64,000 nt of DNA from assembly GCF_036321535.1 (NCBI RefSeq), contig NC_087437.1, positions 15,378,001-15,442,000 on the forward strand, written 5' to 3'. The translations under genes were made by a program, and so were the position numbers. The notes under the pieces are model-generated. The model was given only the letters and a program-made list of their open reading frames with translations. It had not been told where the DNA came from and did no database searches. This document shows, piece after piece, positions 54,212 to 64,000 of the stretch; positions within the stretch are counted from its first letter, which is position 1, and the number at the start of each line of letters is the position of its first letter. This stretch comes from Camelus dromedarius. Its lineage: Eukaryota.

Positions 54212-54678
<467 letters not shown>

Positions 54679-57419
54679 AGAGCCACCCCGAGCCACCCCA
54701 GTCCTCCCAGGCAGAGTGGACAGACAGCCTCCCCACAGCATTAGGCAGCGAGCAGTGGGGAAGGCCATTTCCACATGGTGTCCGCAAGACCCTCAAGGGC
54801 CAGGGGAGCGGGGCTGAAGGGGATGAATGTCAGGATGCTTGTTTCTTGCCCAGCCTCACCGTGGCCGAGGACTTGGGGATCAGCCTGAGCAGTCCTGGCC
54901 TCCTAAGGGACCAGTGCTTAGATAATAGATCTTTAAAAATGCTCTCTTGACCCTTCTCATCAATAGAAGGCTCTTTTTGCGTCTGGAGGCCACCATGACT
55001 GAACACACAGCCTCCCAGGTCCCTGGGCCACTTGGGAGCTGGGTCCCAGCAGCTACCCCCGTGTCTCTTTCCGGCCACCAGTGTCAGGCCCTACGCCCAC
55101 ACCTGCCAGCACTGCACACTCACGTGTTCTCCCTCCTATTTCGGGTCCCATCACCCCTTGAAGAAACATTTTTAGACGACTGTGGCTAAGGTTAGAGCAG
55201 CGAGACAGATGTCAGGGTTAGAGTCTGGGCTGCAGAGTCTGACAAAATAGGCATTCAGATCCTGGCTGCAATGTTTAACCTCCCGGTGGCGGCAAGACTC
55301 AGCTCAATCACGAGGGTAAGTGTCTCTGGCTGCCTCCAAGGCTACATAGGCCGGGCAGAGTGCTGGGCCTGCCATGGGCACTCCCACAAAGATGGCCCAT
55401 CCTCTGTCTCTCCTAGAGGTGACTGCAGCTTACTCTCAGCTCAAAGTGTAAATGTGACCCAAGCACTGGATTTTCTGGGGTGTGGGGGCTTCTCTGGACT
55501 CCTGCAATAGCCTGAGCTTAGGGACAACGTCCTACTGGCCTCTGGCCCTGGTGTCACATCACCCTCAGGGCCCTGTGTCTAGGAAAGGAGCAAAGAACAA
55601 GAGGCATGTGGGCTCACAAAGACCTTCTGGGGCCTTGTGACTCCAAGAGTCAAAGAATAGACTGCCTCAGTTTCACTAGGAATTTTCCCAAGTCCCAGGA
55701 GCCCCATAAAAATTTAATTCCACTTCCGGATCCATCCCCTCAGCACCCATGCCTGTCCTTCCCCTTGTCCCTCCCCTTCATCTCTCCCCCTCCAGCCTAA
55801 GACTCCCCAGATCTTCTTAGGATCTAGACTAAAAGAACAGCCTTGCCCGCAGGTCTCAGCAAACAAGCCTCATTAGATCAGCTGAAAGAGACTGGGCTGA
55901 TGTGTTTCTCTTACAGCTTTCCAGTGAGAGTTGAGGGGGGTCCCCACTGGAACGTGCAGACTCTCCCCATGCTCCTAAATAGGGCATCTTGGGGTTGCTT
56001 CATGAACTTGCTCCCCCTGCCCCTGGGCCAGGCAGACACAACTGGCATTCTTTGGGGATGACTTAGCTCCAAGAAAGAATAGAGCCTCCTTTCCTTCACC
56101 CTTGCTCTCCCTTCCCCTAGTCCTCCCCTCCCCTCCTTCTTTTTTTTGTTCTGCAAACAGGCCACTTCCTTTCCACGATATTATCTTTTCCTGACAGGGC
56201 TCAATAAGGCTGGTCCAAGAGAAGAAACCACGACTCAGCTTCCGAAACTCTCCCCAGACCGAGCCCTGAGACGGGAGATAAGGCAGGGGGGCCTGGGATA
56301 TGGAGGCTGGCGAAAACCCACAGTCTCCAACCTCTGGTTCCTCCATACTGACGCTGTTGCATCACTCATTTTTCGAGGACAAGGAAAGGCATCTTTCGCC
56401 GGAAAAGGCCACACGGTGGGAAACTGGGTGACTATGTGAAGACTCAGCAGGCATGAAGAGAACCAGACGTGGACCTTGGGCCACCAGAAGAAGGGAGTCT
56501 GCAAGTCCTCAGGTTTCCCTGATAGGGTTTCCTGGACCCCCCTGGCAGAGATGCAGGGCATGGGAAACGAAGGGTGTGTGTCGGCTTCTCAGGGGAAGAT
56601 GCTGGGCCAAGTGAGAGCCTCATTTCTAGGAAACCCATTTCTGCAAACTATCTGGGCTTCCTGCCTCTCTCTGGCAGCCTGGCTTCCATTCTTTTCCCTA
56701 GAATCCATTTTCTACATGCAGCAGAAGGGCCTGTTTCAAAAGATAAGCCAAATACCATACTCTAAAGGTCTCCCTTCACGCTCAGAATCAAACTCTTAAG
56801 TTCCCCCAGCAGCCTCTCTGGAGCCTCCACAGAAAGGGGCTCGCCTGGACCCAGAATCTTCTCCTACTCCAAGCTCTGGCCACATGGGCCACACAGAAAA
56901 ACATGAAAGGCAATGAATGGGAGGGACAGGGCAGTCCAACCCGGGTGTAGGATGGGAGAGGTCTCTAAGGAGGCTCTCTGGTCCTTCCTGCCTCCAGTTC
57001 AGAGTGCCTCCCAATAATCCCCAAAAGCAAACATGTCTACTTGTTTTTAAAATCCTCCAGAGGAGGGCCCACCTTCTCCCCACTTAACTTGGAAACAGTT
57101 TGGCAGTGATTTCCGACCCTTGTCTTTGCAAGTTCTTTCTGAAACCTAACCGTTCACCTCCTGCTGTAATTCATAGCCTCTAAGAACCCCAGCTACTGGA
57201 CTGCTACAGCCAATCAGACAATGGTGTCCATCTCTGAACTAAAGCAAAGGATGCTGCTGAGTTCTCACATGTGACCCTGGCTAAATCCCCTTCTCCTTCC
57301 AGCATTGGCTCCCATCCTGGGAGGGAGAGGGTAGCACCAGCCTTCCTCTGGGGTTCTCCACCCAGGAAGGACTACACTGGAAGGAAGCCAAAGGCTTGAA
57401 AGATGGAGGTGGGAAGTTA

Positions 57420-58530
<1,111 letters not shown>

Positions 58531-60794
58531 ATACTCATGGAGATTTACTGTGCCTAGAGAAAGACTCCAGTAATCTAGAAGGTAATCAACCAAGAACCAC
58601 AGCCCCCTGCAGTCAGCTTCCCATCAAAGAGCCAGATAAGAGACTCCAGGGCAGGTCTAGCTCAGATTTAATCACTGAGATGTCCAGTCCAGGGGTGGAC
58701 AGGGCCCCAGTTTATTGGCAGGTGATAAAGAATGAGTCCAGCCCAGCAGAAGCCCTAGGCAAACAGCCCCCAGGATGCTCTAGGGTGAAGCATGTCTGAG
58801 CCCCAGCCTGTGCACAGCTAACTCCCCATGAGCCCTCCTGTCATGGGATGACCTTGGTAGTCACTCTGCAAGGTGAACAGGAAGAAGGAGAAAATGCATC
58901 TGGATCGGTGAATAAAGGATGAAAGAAGAGTGACTACAATAGGACAATGGTTTTGTGAGGCAAGGCAAAAAGGTGCCACCCATTAAAGTTTGTGGGCCAG
59001 TCACACAGTCTGTGTGCTGACAGTAACCACATAGGTGCCCCAGGAAAAAGAGAACGTGGCCCAGTGTCTTCGGTTTTATGATTACCACCCCCCAGACATG
59101 CACACACTTGCTCCTTGGAAGTGCCCTGATGGTCCTCTAGGCACCCAGGGGATCTTGACATGAGTATCACCCACTTGAGCCAAATGAAGGTGTAAGGGAG
59201 TAAGGCGGAGGCTCTTGGTTGCAGCGATCTGGGGCTGGGGGCTGGGGGCTCTGAGCCTAAGCGGCAGGGAGAGAACCCCTGAAGAAGGTGTTCCCTTCTG
59301 AGCCTGGGCTCCCAGTGGCTCATGGCCTGGAAGTTTGCCTGCCTTACCCGGCTTCCTTTCCATAGCCTCCTCCAACACAAACCTCCAAACTGGCATTCAG
59401 GGAAGACCAAACAAAACCCACACCTCCACAGGTCCTGTGTGCACGGGAGGACAGTGGCTGGAATGCAGCCCCTCCTCTGCCACAAAATTAGCCCTAGTGC
59501 CCGGCTCCAGTTAGGGCCTGGCTGGTTGGCAGAGCAGCCATTCCCAACGCACTCCCTCCTCCCAGCTGCCCAGAACTGGGGAGGCAATGAGTCTGGAGGG
59601 CATCTCAGTACCCATCCTTTACCGCACCCCATCATGACTCCCCCCCCCCCACACACACACACAAGGAGGGGAGATGCAAGACTCTAGAACTACCAGAGGC
59701 AAAACAAACGGAATCAATTCACCCTAGCTTTTCATCCACAGGGCATTTCCTAAATTAATCACTGTCTGGGCTGACTCCCGCTGGGGAGGACCGAGAATGC
59801 AGCTTTCCTGACACATTCCAAGCCCCCTCCCCCCAACAGTGTGCCTGGGAGCAAGGAACACCTCCTCGACCTGTCATCCCGCGTTTGTCCGGGTCAAGCC
59901 GGTCAGATGCACGTTCTTTCAGCTGAGCCGTTACAAAAATCTGTGCCGCGGAACCCGGTGATGCACACCTGCTGCCCTAGCGCGCCCGTCTCTCTGAATA
60001 ACCCCTACCCCATCACCACCTCTTCTAAGCAAGTACACAACTCCTGCCTTTGCCTGGGCTCACGCTCGCCTAAGGAAGCAAAGCGAGGGTCTCTATGTCA
60101 GATCACACCCGAGCCAGGGATCCCGCCCTACCCGGCCTCCTGGCTGACCACGAGCACCCGGTGCCCGCCGCTGCGCCTGGAGCGGGTGGACGAGGGTAGC
60201 CCGCGGTCCGGAGAGGTCTTTAAGCGTCGTGGGTCCGCCTCCCACCCTCCCTCCCGAGCCCTCTTTGTTTTCCAAATGCTCCAGCGCTGACGTCACCGGT
60301 CTGGACGGCAGGCTGCATTCTTTCTAAGTGAGAGCCAGACCGTGGCTCCAGAGAGGATTTTCCAAGGAAGACAAAGAGGAATTCTTGGGCTAGCTGGGGG
60401 GCAAAGACACCTGTAACCCCCACCTAACCAAATCAGCCCCCAGGGCCCTGCAACTTGAGGTCCAAGCCGCGCCTCCTGGTCAGTTTCGCGTCCCTCTCCC
60501 GGGCTCACGACCCCAAACACCCACTCCGCTCTCCCCAGAGGCTGCCCCCTCTTCCAGCCACAGCGGCTTCGCGCGCCTTCGAGAGACCCTAGGCGCCCGG
60601 CGCGGCGCCCCCAGCTGAAGCGGCCCTTGCCCGGCTTCGCGGCTGCGGGGAAAGGCGCGCTGCGCCTGGAGGACGTTCGGTCGTCCGGGTTCCCGCTCCC
60701 GGAAAAGGCCGGGCTGCGCCGAAGCTGGTGCTTCGGCCGGGGCGCGTCTCTGCGGCCCCGAGCGCTCCCCAAAGCGCCGAGCGGTCTTCCTTAC

Positions 60795-61010
60795 CGCTGC
60801 GGCCCGAGGGCGCTCGGCGCGGTCAGACCCGACGACCCGGCTCGGCTCGGCTTAACGCGGCGGCGGAGGTGTGCTCTCGGCGGTGGCGCCGACGCTCTGG
60901 CCGCTCGGGCCCCAGCGCGCAGCCCCAGGGTCGGCCCGCGCCGGAGGCGGCTGCTATGCCAGGAATGTGAGAGTTTCAGGTTCCCCCTCGGGATCAAAGC
61001 GAACCACAAA
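60795..61010 (-). other. AMOTL2: AMOTL2 exon 1a (AUG-free leader; 5' end approximate)
   Basis: Donor AGCG|GTAAGG at 60795/60794 in the CpG island core. Confidence 0.75.
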
Positions 61011-61214
61011 TAACCTCGCAGCGCGCCGCCCTCCTCCGCCCTCTGCCTCCTCCCTCTCCCTCCTCCCCGCCCCCGCCTTCCTCCGGGGAGGAGGCGCTGC
61101 CGACCCGGCCGCCCGGGCCCTCCTGGACGCGTTGGGCCCTTCCCCGCCCCTGCCCCAACCCCTGCTCTGTCTTCACAGCTGCGGGGGAAGAAAGAATCCA
61201 ACCTGGCCCCTTAC

Positions 61215-61330
61215 CGCTCCCTGCTGCGTCCCTGCCTTCCTCTCACTCTTTCAGCCCCATCGACGGGGCGACACAGAGGGATGTACATCGCATGTCCCCG
61301 AGGGACTCTGGGTGTTGCTGCGGGACGGGG
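61215..61330 (-). other. AMOTL2: Candidate alternative first exon 1b (5' end approximate)
   Basis: Donor AGCG|GTAAGG at 61215/61214. Confidence 0.45.
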
Positions 61331-61353
61331 ATGGAGTTGGGAGGGCTTGGGGA

Positions 61354-61403
61354 GTGTGTGTGTGTGTGTATGTGTGTGTGGTTGGGGTGTGTGTGTGGTG
61401 TGT
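61354..61403. repeat. Interrupted (TG)n in the AMOTL2 promoter
   Basis: Three TG tracts separated by short interruptions. Confidence 0.85.
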
Positions 61404-61643
61404 ACAGGGAGGGAAGACTGCAGAGCTGTATACATCTGCCAGGCCTGGACCGTGCCCTCCGTGAAAAGATGATTCTTACTTCCAGCACCGAGCGGCTTCA
61501 CTAACACCCACTGCTTTCACCAGCGGCAACCTTTGAATTGCACTTTTATTGTTTACAAACACCTCTGCCAGCTCTTTGCGAATCTGTCACCACAGGAAGT
61601 GTGAATCTGGGTCGAAAAATCTGGTTAATTTGACCCACCTCAC

Positions 61644-61790
61644 CCCCTGAATCACTCGTCGCCAGGCGCCCTGTCCAGCTCTTCCGGAAGAAAGTAGTAA
61701 TGGGCGCCCCTTCACGCAGGGCGCGCGGTGCGCCACCACCCGCTTTTCTCCAAGTCATCCCATTCTGCCCTTCCAGTCGTCCGCCCAGGG
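61644..61790 (-). other. AMOTL2: Candidate alternative first exon 1c (5' end approximate)
   Basis: ATG at 61758 gives MTWRKAGGGAPRALREGAPITT..., resembling the recalled N-terminus of the human long isoform; donor GGG|GTGAGG at 61644/61643. Confidence 0.55.
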
Positions 61791-62561
61791 ATTTCTGTTA
61801 TCATCCCTGTTATACATGAGGAAACCAAAGCTCAGAGAGGTTAATTAGCTTGCCCAGGGTCACCCAGAGAGAAAGTGAAGCCAAGTAACCAGTGTGCTGC
61901 TCAGTTTCTCATTCCCAAAATTTGTCCCTGACCACCAGAATCCTGGCTCTCTAGGTGGACAGGACAGACTCTGGGAGCCCTCGTCTCTTGATCTGTCTGC
62001 TCTCTATTCTGATTTCTTCATTTTCCTCCACACCTCTGCCGACCAGGGGCTCTCCCTTATGTCCACTTCTGTTGTTCAGGCTGTTCCTCTTCTGGATGAA
62101 ATTCTCTCTTTTGCCCTGGGACCCTTCCTCCTTAGTCTTCACACTAGGCTGGTCCATCTGTGCTGGTGGAAACTCCTTCAGAAAGCCTGCTCTGACAGAC
62201 CCTCCCCACATGCACCCATGCCCCTCCCACACACTGTGCGCCATTCCTGGGCCCCCAGCACCCCAGTGTGCACCACACTGGGCCCCTCAATGCCTCCATG
62301 TGTGAGACCCAAACCCCTGTCTATCAGGACAGCAGGAGAGTCAGGGCTGACTTCTACCCCGACTGGGTCCTCTCCACCTCCTGTCACCATGGATTTCCAA
62401 TTCCCAGATCCGCTGGAGGGGACCAGGGACAAGAAAACTTTCTGAGTTCAAAGAGCTGTTTACTAGCCAGAGGCATTGTTAATTTTTAATAAAGCCCTCC
62501 CCCAGAATGTTTGTAGGTATGTGTGTGATTTCTTTGGAAGCCAAATCTTGCATTTCAAATA

Positions 62562-63157
62562 CAGCCATATCTTGTTTCACTCTGCTATGCTTTATTGCAT
62601 TTCACAGATATTGCATTTTTTTACTAGTTGAAGGTTTGCAGCAACCTTTCATTGAACACATTATTGGTGTCATTTTTCCAGGGAACTCCGCTTACTTTGC
62701 GTCTCTGAGTTACATTTTGGTAATTCTAGTAGTATTTCAATTTTTTTCATTTTTAAAATTATTTTTGTTATGGTCATCTGTGATTTTTTTAATGTTAACT
62801 ATTGTAAAAAGATTATGACTTGCTGAAGGCTCAGATGAGGAGCAACAGAGTTGTGTGTTTTGTTTTGTTTTGAGAATAGAAAAGGAATTTATTAGGTTAC
62901 GCTACCATAGACAACAGAGAACAGTGGGCCAGACAAACAAGAGGTGCCTATGTGAGCCTAGAGTATTTTTAAAATAAGATATGCACATTGCTTTTTAGAC
63001 ACAATGCTATTGCATACTTAATAGACTGCAGTATAGTGGAAACATAATTTTTATATACACTGGGAAACCAAGAAGTTTGTGCGACTTGCCTTGTTGCAAT
63101 ATTCACTTTGTTGCAAAAGCCTGAAACTGAACCTGCAGTATCTTCAAGGTATTCCCG
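62562..63157 (+). mobile_element. Internally deleted Tigger1-type DNA transposon
   Basis: Left end CAGCCATATCTTG...GAAGGTTTG...CAACC and right end ...GCAGTATCTTCAAGGTATTCCCG; unrelated sequence at ~62846-62960. Confidence 0.8.
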
Positions 63158-64000
63158 AAGTGATCGGCTGAAACCAGCTAGACAATAAGTCACTTGTGCC
63201 AAGCAACAGGCTATTTGGCCATTCAAGGATCACCTCTCAAAGAGAAGCTAGGGCCAATATGCCACTGTTCCAACTAGATACTCTAGGTCACTAGGTAGGA
63301 ATTTCAGAAATGAAACAGAAGAGCAAAGAGGTCCTCAGATGGCTTTACTCTGTGGACAGCATTCTTCTTGGAAATGCTTGGTTGGAGGTGTGAGAGTGGG
63401 TGTGGGCATGAGCACTTGGGTTGCAAAATCCGGGAAAAGGTCTCATAGTACGGTTCTCTGTTCAGGGGCATCTGGCGGGACACTGGTTAAAATGTTTGGC
63501 AAACATTCTTGAGCTGGTTGCAGACAGGGGCTACCTCAAGGTGGCTAGAGTCAGGAGGTATATCTTGTAGTGGGCAAGCCTGCTGCAGACCTCAAAGGGA
63601 CCCCATGACTGCCTATCTCTGCGTTCCAGAGACAGAAGGGGGAGGGGGCTCCCAAAAGCGGATGGGAAATTTACACACATTTTCCCTCTTCCTCTTGTTC
63701 CCTCCTCTCTGGATGGAGGGCAGGGCCTCCCAGGCAGGGCAGGGCCAGGGGCCTCAGTGGACCCTGCCTGAGCTGGCAGCCACACCTGGGTAAGAGGGTC
63801 ATCACAGCTCACATGTGCCAGATCAAGTGTGCACAGATGGGCACTGGGCTGGCCAGCCTGCTAGCACATGCATTTGCTTCACTCACAGTAGGGGAAGAGA
63901 GGCTCGCCCAGTAGGTCTGTGCTTTCTACCTCCAAGATTTTCCCTCTCTGTCCACCTTGCTCCCCTCTTCCTGTAGGTCATGATTCTTCCCAGGTGACAG

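Larger units (their letters stand above)
59860..61790. promoter_or_regulatory. CpG-island promoter of AMOTL2
   Basis: Very high GC and CpG density, GC boxes, full CRE TGACGTCA (60288-60295), TEAD motif GGAATG (60962-60967). Confidence 0.9.

Noticed and set aside
58934..59662. 242-aa minus-strand ORF in intron 1
   Set aside because: Begins in a TG/G repeat, is not protein-like and has no exon boundaries

Overview
Mammalian genomic DNA, probably from a camelid (inferred from five copies of a Vic-1-like tRNA-derived SINE and camelid-type L1 3' ends). The one intact protein-coding gene is AMOTL2 (angiomotin-like 2) on the minus strand. It has 9 coding exons (58154 to 45277; 2328 nt, 775 aa, all GT-AG with consistent phases), a ~1.75 kb 3' UTR ending near 43520, and a CpG-island promoter at ~59.9-61.8 kb with three candidate first-exon donors. 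The ~43 kb downstream of the gene is repeat-rich (SINE, L1, L2, MIR, MaLR LTR, DNA transposons). Most notable observations: (1) a chain of phase-compatible but disrupted exon-like segments on the + strand at 23.1-28.1 kb, a candidate decayed gene; (2) a chimeric L1 with a swapped 3' end, present as two independent TSD-flanked copies; (3) alternative AMOTL2 leaders that would give a CUG-initiated extension, an AUG-initiated extension, or an overlapping AUGA uORF; (4) an orphan CpG island with CTCF-like and TEAD motifs; (5) a mirtron-like hairpin before exon 3. Repeat family names and comparisons to human are from recall, not database searches, and old-repeat boundaries are approximate.
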